A DNA stretch of 64,000 bases, from positions 233,826 through 297,825 of the forward strand of contig CAZDEB010000001.1 of NCBI GenBank assembly GCA_964504305.1, given 5' to 3'. The DNA comes from an uncultured Candidatus Nemicrothrix sp. (GTDB lineage: Bacteria > Actinomycetota > Acidimicrobiia > Acidimicrobiales > Aldehydirespiratoraceae). The position numbers were made by a program, and so were the translations under genes. The stretch's first letter is position 1, and the number at the start of each line of letters is the position of its first letter. Under the pieces are notes generated by a model, which was not told the DNA's origin, ran no database searches, and was given only the letters and a program-made list of their open reading frames with translations. Positions 18,727-27,750 of this stretch are shown here, piece by piece.

Positions 18727-19022
18727 TTTGTGAAGCAGTTGGTGGTGCGAGCGTCGAGTTGGTTGGAGAGGCTGTCACTGAAGTCACCGGTCTTTTCGAA
18801 GTGGCTTACGTCGCGGGGCGACAAGTCGAGGGTTCGAACGCCGTCGACGATGCACGTGGTCAAGTCCGCCGCGAGTCCTTCGTCGAGCAACTGGCCTTCG
18901 AGGCCGCTGTAGAACGAACTTGGTACTTCGGGGTTGGTGCCGCCGCACGCGGCGAGTGGGAGAGAACTCAGCACGAGTGCGGCGGCGAATTTGGCGTTGA
19001 ACGTTGGTTTGGCGTCGAACAT
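18723..19022 (-). CDS. small lipoprotein
   Basis: Signal peptide plus lipobox (LSSLPLAACGG). Size is 99 aa. Confidence 0.6.
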   Translation of the reverse strand: MFDAKPTFNAKFAAALVLSSLPLAACGGTNPEVPSSFYSGLEGQLLDEGLAADLTTCIVDGVRTLDLSPRDVSHFEKTGDFSDSLSNQLDARTTNCFTK

Positions 19023-19078
19023 TGGGGGTCCTCACGATCTCGCCCGAGGCGAAAGGCGGCGAATGGGGGATTCGTTGG

Positions 19079-19354
19079 TTAGGGGGTGCCAGACGGACAG
19101 ATCTGGGTGGTCGACGTGGAGCCGATGGCGATCATGTCGATCGCCGCGCTGTCGCGACACTGCAATGCGCCCCGCTCGGTGCGGGTTGTCGACGAAACGG
19201 TTCCGTCGACAACCGAGCGGGCCGCGATCACGAAACTGACCAGCAGTATCACCACGGCGACCAAGACCGTCAGCGCTTCCTGCACCCGGCCGCGACGCTG
19301 AGCGTCGAGCAAGGTGTGGTTGGAGTCGGAAGAAATGCTGAGTGCTTGATACAT
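19079..19354 (-). CDS. small membrane protein (91 aa), TadE-like N-terminal segment?
   Basis: This is an internal ATG of track ORF 19079..19699, preceded by a perfect AGGAGG 8 nt upstream. It reads MYQALS…RRGRVQEALTVLVAVVILLVSFVIAA followed by a Ser/Thr/Cys-containing tail. Confidence 0.55.
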   Translation of the reverse strand: MYQALSISSDSNHTLLDAQRRGRVQEALTVLVAVVILLVSFVIAARSVVDGTVSSTTRTERGALQCRDSAAIDMIAIGSTSTTQICPSGTP

Positions 19355-19484
19355 CGGATTGACCTCCTGTCTCTGTCCGTCCGGCAGAGGGGAGACGCTC
19401 AATTCGCCTCTGGTCTGACACCCCAGGGAGAAAAAATTCCGAAATGGTAATCCGGCTGCCGCAACCGGGGTCGAGCAGTCCACA

Positions 19485-20714
19485 ATGAGTCCCATGCGTC
19501 GCACATCTGTTCTTTGGTTTCTTGTCGTCCTGGCCTCGTTGGGTCTGATCGCCGCCGCTTGTGGGTCCTCAGACACGACGGCCGAGTCGGTTGCGGCGAC
19601 CACCACTACGACCACCACGCCCCCGACCACTGCGCCTACGACTAGCGAGCCCCCGCCGACGACGACAGCAGTTCCGACCACCAGCGCGGCGCCGTTCAAT
19701 ACACGGTTTGATGGCTTTGGTTCGTACTCAGTGGGTCGTCAGGTGGTCGAGGTCGTCGACTCCGCTCGCGATGGCCGGACCCTGCCGGTGCAGGTCTGGT
19801 ACCCCGCCGAAGAAAGCGGGGAGCCGTTCACCGAATACGTATTCCTGCCGCCGATGCAATTCTTCTCCGACTTTGCCCTCGACAGCCCAGCGGTGGCGGC
19901 ATCGCCGACCGAAGCTGGGTTCCCGACAGTATTTTACTCTCACGGCAACAACGGGTGGGGTTGGGTGCATTCGACGTTGATGGAGCGCCTCGCCAGCCAC
20001 GGGTTTGTGGTGGTGGCGCCCGATCACGTGGGCAACACGTTGGTCGACTCGGTCCTTGGCACCTCAGACGAACAAGAGGTCGTGGCCCAGAACCGCCTCG
20101 ACGATGTGAACTTTGTGCTGGCGGCCCTCGAGACCGATCCCGCGTTCTCGAAGTTTGCCGATAGCGCCGACGAGACCCGCATCGGATTTGTGAGCCATTC
20201 GCTGGGAGGTTGGACGGGGCTTACCACCCTCGGTCAACAAGGCGCCGATTCGATAATCGATGCCTATGTCGGCCTCGCTCCCTTCGTCGAAGTGATCGAC
20301 GACGAGACGTTCGCCGCGATCGAGCGTCCAGTTCTGATGATTTCTGGCAGTGTCGACGAAACCACGCCGGCTGTCGAAGTCAAACGGCCCTTCGACATCA
20401 TTTCTTCTCGGCCGCTCATCTGGGCTGATGTAATCGGCGGCGGTCATCAGAGCTTCGCTGATGCCTGCTTCATCAGGGATCAACTAGGTCTGATCGCCGG
20501 CGTTCCCGACCTGTTCCTCGAGTTGGCTGATGGTTATGCCGAGTCGGGATGCGGCGAGGGGATCGTGGCCGTCGATGTGGCCCAACCAGCAATGAATCAC
20601 CTCGCAACGGCATTCTTGGTCAGCAACCTTGGGGGCGACGTCGGCAACGCCCTCGACCCGGCCTATATCGAAACCGAGTTCCCAGGCGTGTTCACGATCC
20701 AGGTTGGCGACTGA
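19485..20714 (+). CDS. lipoprotein alpha/beta hydrolase (PAF-acetylhydrolase/dienelactone-hydrolase-like)
   Basis: Lipobox LIAAAC, a PT-rich linker, the nucleophile elbow VSHSLGGW and the block FYSHGNNG…GFVVVAPDH are present. Confidence 0.75.
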   Translation: MSPMRRTSVLWFLVVLASLGLIAAACGSSDTTAESVAATTTTTTTPPTTAPTTSEPPPTTTAVPTTSAAPFNTRFDGFGSYSVGRQVVEVVDSARDGRTLPVQVWYPAEESGEPFTEYVFLPPMQFFSDFALDSPAVAASPTEAGFPTVFYSHGNNGWGWVHSTLMERLASHGFVVVAPDHVGNTLVDSVLGTSDEQEVVAQNRLDDVNFVLAALETDPAFSKFADSADETRIGFVSHSLGGWTGLTTLGQQGADSIIDAYVGLAPFVEVIDDETFAAIERPVLMISGSVDETTPAVEVKRPFDIISSRPLIWADVIGGGHQSFADACFIRDQLGLIAGVPDLFLELADGYAESGCGEGIVAVDVAQPAMNHLATAFLVSNLGGDVGNALDPAYIETEFPGVFTIQVGD

Positions 20715-20723
20715 AGCAGGCGT

Positions 20724-22310
20724 CTAGCTTCTTGCCGCTCTGTTGCGGAGTTCGTACTTGAGGACTTTGCCACTGGCGTTGAGCGGCAAAGCGTCGACGA
20801 ACTCCACGAAGCGGGGAGCCTTGTAGTTGGCCATTTCGGCGCGGCACCACGTGACCAAGGCGCCGGGTGAAGCGGCGGTGATCGCGGCATCGGGAGTCGG
20901 CACCACGAAGGCATAACCAACTTCGCCGAGACGACTATCGGGCACGCCCACGACCGCGACCTGACCCACATCGGGGTGGTTCATCATCAAGTTCTCGATC
21001 TCGGCCGGGTAGGCGTTGAAACCGCCGTTGATGAACATGTCTTTGACCCGGTCGGTGATATCGATATTGCCATGTCTGTCCATCACTCCTATGTCGCCGG
21101 TGTGAAGCCAGCCGTCGGAGTCGATGGTGTCGGCGGTCTTGGCCGGATCGTCCAAGTAACCCACCATCACGTTGTAGCCGCGGACCACGATCTCGCCCGG
21201 TTCGCCGCGGCGGACCTCGTTGGTCGCATTGTCGGGGTTCTCGGGGTCGATTACCCGAACTTCGACGTCGTCAATCGCTCGCCCCGAAGTGGTAGCGATG
21301 ATTTCGGGGTCGTCGTCGTGACGACACATCGTGGCGATGCCGGTGACCTCGGTGAGGCCATACCCGGTGACCACCTTTTCGAATCCGAGCCTTGATCGCA
21401 TTTGCAGAATCATTTCGACCGGGATCGCCGCCGCCCCGGTGACGGCGAGGCGCAGCGTCGAGAAGTCGAACGATTCGAGATCGGGATGGTTGAGAATCGT
21501 CTGATAGATGGCGGGTGGGCCGGGCAGCATCGAGATGCGTTCTTCAGGGATACGAGCCATCACCGATGCCACGTCGAACACCGGGTGCGGAACGATGGTC
21601 GATCCAGTCAACAGACACGCAACGATCCCGGCGTTGAGTCCAAACGAGTGAAAAAACGGGTTGATGATGAGGTAGCGGTCTTGGTCGAGACCAATCACGT
21701 CGGACCACGACCGAAAGGCGCGACACGTCGCCGAGTGGGTGAGCATCGCTCCTTTGGGATCGCCGGTGGTCCCCGACGTAAACATGATGTTGCAAAGGTC
21801 TTCGTCGCCAACGCGTGCCGCGGCTTCGTCGAGGGTTTCTTCGAGACATAGCGCCCCTCGGGCGATGAAGTCGGCGAACCCGGTGGCGGTTGATGGCACT
21901 GCCCCGCGCATCACCACGATTTCGTTGAGCGACGGGGGTAGCGCCGCGCCGTCGGTCAGCAGCTCGACGTAGTCGGTGTCGAGGAAATCGGTGACGGTGA
22001 AGAGGATGCTGGCCTTGCTGGCTTCGAGCACGAACCGGGCTTCGCGCCCCTTGAAGCGGGTGTTGATCGGTACAACAATTCCGCCCACGGTGTGCACTGC
22101 CAGCGCCGCCACTGCCCATTCCCAGATGTTGGGGGCCCAAAGCGCAACCCGGTCGCCCTTTGTCACTCCCGAAGCAATGAGCGCTTTGGCGGCCGAGCGG
22201 ATCTGTTCTCGGAATTGGGTGAAAGTCCAACGGACTTCGCCATCGACGATGGCTTCGTTGGGTCCGAACTTCTCTGCCGCCGAATCGATTACCTGACCGA
22301 TTGTGGTCAC
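20724..22310 (-). CDS. AMP-dependent acyl-CoA synthetase/ligase
   Basis: AMP-binding motif FTSGTTGDPKGAMLTH, GYGLTE and TGDIGVMD are present. Size is 528 aa. Confidence 0.9.
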   Translation of the reverse strand: MTTIGQVIDSAAEKFGPNEAIVDGEVRWTFTQFREQIRSAAKALIASGVTKGDRVALWAPNIWEWAVAALAVHTVGGIVVPINTRFKGREARFVLEASKASILFTVTDFLDTDYVELLTDGAALPPSLNEIVVMRGAVPSTATGFADFIARGALCLEETLDEAAARVGDEDLCNIMFTSGTTGDPKGAMLTHSATCRAFRSWSDVIGLDQDRYLIINPFFHSFGLNAGIVACLLTGSTIVPHPVFDVASVMARIPEERISMLPGPPAIYQTILNHPDLESFDFSTLRLAVTGAAAIPVEMILQMRSRLGFEKVVTGYGLTEVTGIATMCRHDDDPEIIATTSGRAIDDVEVRVIDPENPDNATNEVRRGEPGEIVVRGYNVMVGYLDDPAKTADTIDSDGWLHTGDIGVMDRHGNIDITDRVKDMFINGGFNAYPAEIENLMMNHPDVGQVAVVGVPDSRLGEVGYAFVVPTPDAAITAASPGALVTWCRAEMANYKAPRFVEFVDALPLNASGKVLKYELRNRAARS

Positions 22311-22747
22311 GTTGTGGCGCTATCCAGATCGAGTCCTTCGGACCACATGAACTCTTCGACCAGTTCGCGACTCTTCCAGCCGTCATCGGTGCGCACCAGC
22401 TGATGGTTGTAGAAACCGCCCGTAGAGAAGAACGGACCGCCGTCGGCGAACTTCATGGGGTTGTAGAACATGGCTCGGACCGACGCCGAGTCGCCGTTGA
22501 TTGTGACGTCAAGGTTGGAGATGAGATGTTGCGTCATCTCGAACATGGCCAGCGACGCCTCGAGCCAGGCCGCCACCGTTTCGGCGTCTCCGGATGCACC
22601 CCCTACCGAGCTGTAGTCGATGGTCGCGTCGGCGGTGAACAACGACTTCCAAAGGTCCCAGTCCTGGGTGTCGACGGCGTGGGCATACCGGGTTAGAAGG
22701 TCGGCGATTTCGATTCGGTCGCTGATGGTCTGAAGATCGAGCGTCAT
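22307..22747 (-). CDS. SnoaL-like / NTF2-fold protein
   Basis: ISDRIEIADLLTRYAHAVDTQDWDLWKSLFTADATIDYS is typical of SnoaL_4 domains. Both ends overlap neighbouring genes by 4 nt. Confidence 0.7.
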   Translation of the reverse strand: MTLDLQTISDRIEIADLLTRYAHAVDTQDWDLWKSLFTADATIDYSSVGGASGDAETVAAWLEASLAMFEMTQHLISNLDVTINGDSASVRAMFYNPMKFADGGPFFSTGGFYNHQLVRTDDGWKSRELVEEFMWSEGLDLDSATT

Positions 22748-23724
22748 TTGGCGATCGGAGCCTTTCGAAGATGGAACGGAATGGTCACGCCGATTTCGGC
22801 GGCCAGGTCGTCGTGTTGAGAGTCGACCGGTGCGCCGATGGAGTCGAGCAGGCGGTTCATCATGCAGAAGTTGGCGGCGATCATCGCGACCCGGTCGGCT
22901 CCGTCGCGGCCCAACGCCAGTTCGACTCGTACGCGAGCATCGGGATACTCGGCGAGGTCACCGAGAACGATCGCGTCGACAAAGGCCAGAATCTCGCGAG
23001 CGAACGGCACTCCGCAATCGTCGATGATCACACCGGTTCCGATCGGAACGCAGTCGACCGTTCCGTCGGCTTTCTTGACACTCGCACGGAGCATCGAAGC
23101 GTGGCCGAGTAGTCAATAGAAGCAGTCGTTGAGCTTTGATGTTCTGGCGGCAACGAGCTCCATTTGCGGCCGAGTGATGCCGTCTCTCACGATGGCCAAG
23201 TCGCCCATTTCTTCGAGGCTGAGGTACAGCACCCCGTGGGCATCGAACATAACTTCGGTCGCGCCTGGCACCGCGGTGAGCGCGTTGGGCGGAAACGCTC
23301 TGCCGCGTGTAGGAACCCAGCCGTCGCTGAGCGACACACCGTCGGGGATTTCGTGGCTTGGCCCGCCCAGCCGGGGGCGGGGAAGCGGCGGGCGGTCGAG
23401 GCCGAGGCCGAATGCCGCGGCATCGATGGCCGCCAACCGGCTGACAATGCCGACCAGTTCGACATAGGCGTGGACGTCGAGGCCCAAATCGGCCCAACGT
23501 TCGATGTCGACTGAGCGAATGGTGTGGGCTTCGGTGGCCACCCTTCGAGTCGCCTCTCGCGCCGCGGCCGGCAACGTGGCGGTCGAGGGCAGATCGTCGC
23601 CCGCCATGCGTGCTTCGGCGGCTATGGCCACGGAGTCCTCGCCGCTCCACCACGCCCCGGGGCTCGCGAGGTCGTCCCACTGTCGCGCAACGAGGGCATC
23701 GAAATCCGCAATCAGGTTTGTCAC
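22744..23724 (-). CDS. AhpD/carboxymuconolactone-decarboxylase-family redox protein with in-frame TGA at 23113..23115 (selenocysteine candidate or pseudogene)
   Basis: Track ORFs 23113..23835 and 22744..23094 share one frame and are separated only by a TGA. The joined translation is …ARTSKLNDCFY[TGA]LLGHASMLRAS…, i.e. C-x-x-[TGA]-x-x-x-H. The downstream part continues the CMD fold (…RVAMIAANFCMMNRLLDSIG). The N-terminal start was trimmed to GTG 23724. Confidence 0.6.
23080..23110 (-). promoter_or_regulatory. stem-loop starting 3 nt 3' of the in-frame UGA (candidate bacterial SECIS)
   Basis: The mRNA reads ACUCG-GC-CACG-[CUUCGAUGCUC]-CGUG-CGAGU. That gives 5 bp + a 2-nt bulge + 4 bp with an 11-nt loop. 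Pairing was checked by hand on both strands. Confidence 0.3.
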
Positions 23725-23767
23725 GCCACCATTGTGGCGCGTCGCGGCGCTTAGTCCTAGACGGCGC

Positions 23768-24736
23768 CTAGGCCGTGAGCAACAGCTTTCCGGTTGTGGC
23801 CCGCGATTCGAGTGCGACGTGAGCCTGACCGGCATCGCTCATGGCGTAGGTATGGCCGATTCTCACGTCGAGCTGTCCGGCCGACACCCAGTCGCACAAC
23901 TGGGTCCAGCGGGCGTCTCTGTCGCCAGGACTGGAGATGTAGTCCCAAAGTTTGGGGCGGGTGACGTAGAGCGATTTAGCCATGAGTTGCAGTGGCGAAA
24001 AGGGAGGCACCGGACCTGACGCATTGCCGAAAGTCACCATTGTTCCTCGAGGCCGCAGCACCATGAGCCCGGCATCGAACGTTGCCGCGCCAACGCCGTC
24101 GTAAACAACGTCGATCGCATCGGTCCCCACGGCGGCCTCGATGCCGGCAACCATTTCGACTTCGTTGTAGTTGATCACGTGATCGGCCCCCGCCGACCTC
24201 GCCAATTCGACCTTGGACGCTGACCCAACCGTGGCCACGACCTCGGCCCCGGCCAGTTTTGCCATCTGTACCATGAGGCGCCCTGTGCCGCCCGCCGCGG
24301 CGTTGATGAGGCACCGGTCGGTGGTACCGAGTCGATAGGTATCGCTAACGAGATAGTGCGCCGTCATACCTTGCAGCGGCAAAGCGGCCGCGATGTCGAG
24401 CGAAACCCCATCGGGAACAGCCATCAGCGAGGAGGCGGGAGCAGCGATTCGAGTGGCGTAACTTCCGGCCACACCCACCCAGGCCACTCGATCGCCCACC
24501 TTCACCGACGCGACGTCAGAACCAACCCCGGCAACGGTTCCCGAACCTTCTGATCCGGGGACAAACGGCAGGGGCATCGGGTAAAGCCCCGAGCGGTGAT
24601 ACGTGTCGATGAAGTTGACGCCCGCGGCGTGAACGTCGATCACGACCTCGCCAGAGCCGGGTTCGTTGACCGTCGTGGGGATCCACTCGAGCACTTCGGG
24701 GCCGCCGGTTGTCGAAACTTGTTGAGCGAAGTTCAT
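23768..24736 (-). CDS. NADPH:quinone oxidoreductase (zeta-crystallin/MDR family)
   Basis: MNFAQQVSTTGGPEVLEW…AGVNFIDTYHRSGLYP…AAAGGTG matches the family. The start was trimmed to ATG 24736. Confidence 0.85.
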   Translation of the reverse strand: MNFAQQVSTTGGPEVLEWIPTTVNEPGSGEVVIDVHAAGVNFIDTYHRSGLYPMPLPFVPGSEGSGTVAGVGSDVASVKVGDRVAWVGVAGSYATRIAAPASSLMAVPDGVSLDIAAALPLQGMTAHYLVSDTYRLGTTDRCLINAAAGGTGRLMVQMAKLAGAEVVATVGSASKVELARSAGADHVINYNEVEMVAGIEAAVGTDAIDVVYDGVGAATFDAGLMVLRPRGTMVTFGNASGPVPPFSPLQLMAKSLYVTRPKLWDYISSPGDRDARWTQLCDWVSAGQLDVRIGHTYAMSDAGQAHVALESRATTGKLLLTA

Positions 24737-24804
24737 CTCACACTTTAGAACTCCCGGGTGAGGGGTGCCTTCCATCGCACCCCCAGAACTGTTAGGCACT
24801 GCCT

Positions 24805-25203
24805 ATGCCGCACATCATTATCGAATACAGCGACAACCTCGATCGTCTGTTGCCCGTTGACGACTTTGTCCAAGCCGTCCACGCCGCCGCCGTTGATGAC
24901 GGCATCGCCCCTGTTGATGGGATTCGCACCCGCGCCATCTTGCATCGGCATTACCAGGTCGCCGACCAAGACCCGGCCAACGCGTTCGTGGCTATCATCG
25001 CCCGGCTCGGTCCTGGTCGCCGCGACGACGAGATCCAACGTTTTCTCAACCGACTGATCGATACCAGCGAAACGGCGGTGGCCGAATTTGCCGATCAGAT
25101 CGCGGTCGCCATCAGCGCCGAGATCCAATTCATCGATGCCAACGTAAGAATCAACCGCAACCATGTTGCGACACGGATGGCGGCCAAAGCCGCCTCCGGT
25201 TGA
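24805..25203 (+). CDS. 5-carboxymethyl-2-hydroxymuconate isomerase-family protein
   Basis: The N-terminal MPHIIIEYSDNL signature of the CHMI family is present. Size is 132 aa. Confidence 0.75.
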   Translation: MPHIIIEYSDNLDRLLPVDDFVQAVHAAAVDDGIAPVDGIRTRAILHRHYQVADQDPANAFVAIIARLGPGRRDDEIQRFLNRLIDTSETAVAEFADQIAVAISAEIQFIDANVRINRNHVATRMAAKAASG

Positions 25204-26540
25204 GCAACGAGCGCGGCGCGTTGCCATCGAGGTTGACGTTGGCAGTGGTGGGTCTGTTGGCATCGTCGTGTGTCACGGTCGCGCCCGAAGCCGCTCCTGT
25301 CGATCCCGCGGAACCGCCCACCACCACCACGGTGGCTGTCCTCGAGGCGCCAATACCGGCCGTTACCGTCGGCGCCGAGGTACTGGCCGATTCGGGTTTT
25401 GCGATCCTCGACGGATCTCGTGTCGGCTTGATCGTCAACCAAACCTCGCTGGTCTACGGCGAGCATCTCATTGACGTCATCGATAGTGCCCCCAACGTTG
25501 AGTTGGTATCGGTGTTTGCGCCCGAACACGGGGTGCGCGGCACCGCCGGGGCTGGTGCTTTGGTCGACGACGAGATCGACTCGGTCACCGGTGTTCCCAT
25601 TTTGAGCTTGTACGGCGATACCCGAAAGCCAACTCCGCAGATGCTCGCCGGGATCGACACCCTTGTCTACGACCTCCAAGATGTCGGCGGCCGGTTCTAC
25701 ACCTACATCTCGACGATGGGGCTGGCGATGCAAGCCGCGGCCGCGGCCGGGATCCGGTTTGTGGTCCTCGATCGACCCGATCCATCAGGTGGGGCGGTGC
25801 CCGCCGGATACGTGCTCGAACCGGCGAAGGTGTCGTTTATCGGCCAGTATCCGATCCCGTCGGCTTACGCCATGACTGCGGGCGAACTGGCCAACGCCAT
25901 CGTGGGCGAGCAATGGCTCGACGGGCTGGCAAATCTGGACCTGTCAGTTGTCGAGATGCGCGGTTGGCTTCGGGGTATGACATGGGAAGAAACCGGGCTC
26001 GACTGGATACCACCCAGCCCGGGACTGCAGTCGTCATCGTCGGCGTTGACCTACCTCGGCACGGTGCTGTTGGAGGCGACGTCGATCAGCTACGGCGGCG
26101 GAATGGACGAAACCTTCGAGCTGGTTGGCGCCCCGTGGGCCGATGACCTAACGATGGCTGCCCGCCTCAACGGCCGCGGCCTGCGCGGGGTCTTGTTCGA
26201 ACCGGTCGTGTTTACGCCGGGACCTTTACCGGGCCGAACCAACAATCCCCGTCTGAGCGGCGTCGAGCTGAGTGGGGTGAGGATTCATGTGACCGAGCCC
26301 GGCCCGTTCGAGCCGGTGGCGGTTGGTGTCCATATCCTCCACGAGTTCATGGCCGCCGCGGCCGAGCTAGAAGTCCAAGGCGAGTTCATCAACCGCCCGC
26401 AGACCATGGGGCTGCTGGCCGGCACCGATGCTTTGGTCGATGCCCTAGATGCGGGGGCTGGTGCTGATGAGATCATCGCTGGTTGGGAAGACGGTCTGCG
26501 GGCGTTCAACACGGTGCGAGCCAATTATCTGCGCTACTGA
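25200..26540 (+). CDS. DUF1343-family lipoprotein (NamZ-like exo-beta-N-acetylmuramidase)
   Basis: Lipobox LLASSC and the blocks GLIVNQTS…FAPEHG…SLYG…DTLVYDLQDVGGRFYTYISTM…VVLDRPDP are typical of DUF1343. Confidence 0.8.
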   Translation: MSNERGALPSRLTLAVVGLLASSCVTVAPEAAPVDPAEPPTTTTVAVLEAPIPAVTVGAEVLADSGFAILDGSRVGLIVNQTSLVYGEHLIDVIDSAPNVELVSVFAPEHGVRGTAGAGALVDDEIDSVTGVPILSLYGDTRKPTPQMLAGIDTLVYDLQDVGGRFYTYISTMGLAMQAAAAAGIRFVVLDRPDPSGGAVPAGYVLEPAKVSFIGQYPIPSAYAMTAGELANAIVGEQWLDGLANLDLSVVEMRGWLRGMTWEETGLDWIPPSPGLQSSSSALTYLGTVLLEATSISYGGGMDETFELVGAPWADDLTMAARLNGRGLRGVLFEPVVFTPGPLPGRTNNPRLSGVELSGVRIHVTEPGPFEPVAVGVHILHEFMAAAAELEVQGEFINRPQTMGLLAGTDALVDALDAGAGADEIIAGWEDGLRAFNTVRANYLRY

Positions 26541-26603
26541 ACCGGATTGCTTGCAGACCGCGCTCGTCGACCGATAGGGATTTGAGAAAGTACTGGAGAT
26601 CTC

Positions 26604-27737
26604 GTGGGAACGCGTACCCGACAACTAGCGGCAGCAGCACGCACTATCAGCAAGGGCGAGTTGGCTCGCTACAGCGGCCGTTCGATCGGACAAACGATCC
26701 GGTTCGAAACATTGCTCGCGGCCCACACCGGGAGCGCTCATGCTCGTGCTGTCAACAGTGGCACCAGCGCGCTTACTTGCTCGCTGGCCGCCCTCGGAGT
26801 GGGCCCGGGCGACGAGGTGCTCGTGCCGGCCTATACGTGGGTTAGCAGCGCGGCGGCGGCGGTGATGGTGGGCGCGGTGCCGATTCTGGTCGAGATTGAT
26901 CAGAGCCTCACGATGGATCCCGTCGATCTCGAAGCCAAGATCACCCCACGCACCAAAGCCATTATCCCGGTCCACATGTTGAACCTGCCTGCCGACATGG
27001 ACACCATTGTCGAGATCGCCGCACGCCACCAGCTCGTAGTTCTAGAAGATGCCTGTCAGGCCGTTGGGGTCACATACAAGGGTCGCCAATTGGGTTCGAT
27101 TGGCCAAATGGGGGCGTTCAGCTTCAACGACCACAAGAACATTCGAGCCGGCGAAGGCGGCGCGTTCATCACCAACCGCACCGACTTGTACGAACGGGGT
27201 TCGATGTTTCACGACGTCGGGTCTTATCAACGTCGCGGTGTCGACTTGAGCGAGACGGCCTTTGTCGGGCTGAACCTGCGAGCCAACGAACTCTCGAGCG
27301 CAATCCTGATCCCTCAGCTAAAGGCATTAGAGCGCCAAATGCGAGCAAGGGCCCGACGAACCGCGGTCCTCTCCGATGCCCTTGGCCGCCGCGACGATCT
27401 AACGGTTAGCCCGCACAACTCGCCCGCTGATGCGGTGAGTCTGAGCGTCAACTTCGACGACCCGGAGAAAGCCAAGAGGTTTGCCGACGCGGCCACGGGC
27501 GTGACCCGGTTGATCGATACCGGCCGACACGTCTACTCGAACTGGCAGTCGATTTTGGCCAGGCGCACGTTTGACGACCGGGTCAACCCATGGGCCGATT
27601 GTGATATCGACTACGTCGGCTCGTGCCCCGGCACGACCAGAATTCTCGAGCGCACGTGCAGCGTAAGCACGCGCCCCGACCTGCCCATGCCCGTGGTGTG
27701 GAAACTGGCCCGGGACTACTCGCGCCTCTCGGTCTAA
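26604..27737 (+). CDS. DegT/DnrJ/EryC1/StrS-family PLP aminotransferase
   Basis: AVNSGTSALTCSLAALGVGPGDEVLVPAYTW…AIIPVHMLNL…FSFNDHKNI matches the family (Lys in the DHKN context). Confidence 0.8.
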   Translation: MGTRTRQLAAAARTISKGELARYSGRSIGQTIRFETLLAAHTGSAHARAVNSGTSALTCSLAALGVGPGDEVLVPAYTWVSSAAAAVMVGAVPILVEIDQSLTMDPVDLEAKITPRTKAIIPVHMLNLPADMDTIVEIAARHQLVVLEDACQAVGVTYKGRQLGSIGQMGAFSFNDHKNIRAGEGGAFITNRTDLYERGSMFHDVGSYQRRGVDLSETAFVGLNLRANELSSAILIPQLKALERQMRARARRTAVLSDALGRRDDLTVSPHNSPADAVSLSVNFDDPEKAKRFADAATGVTRLIDTGRHVYSNWQSILARRTFDDRVNPWADCDIDYVGSCPGTTRILERTCSVSTRPDLPMPVVWKLARDYSRLSV

Positions 27738-27750
27738 CGAACTCGGTCGG

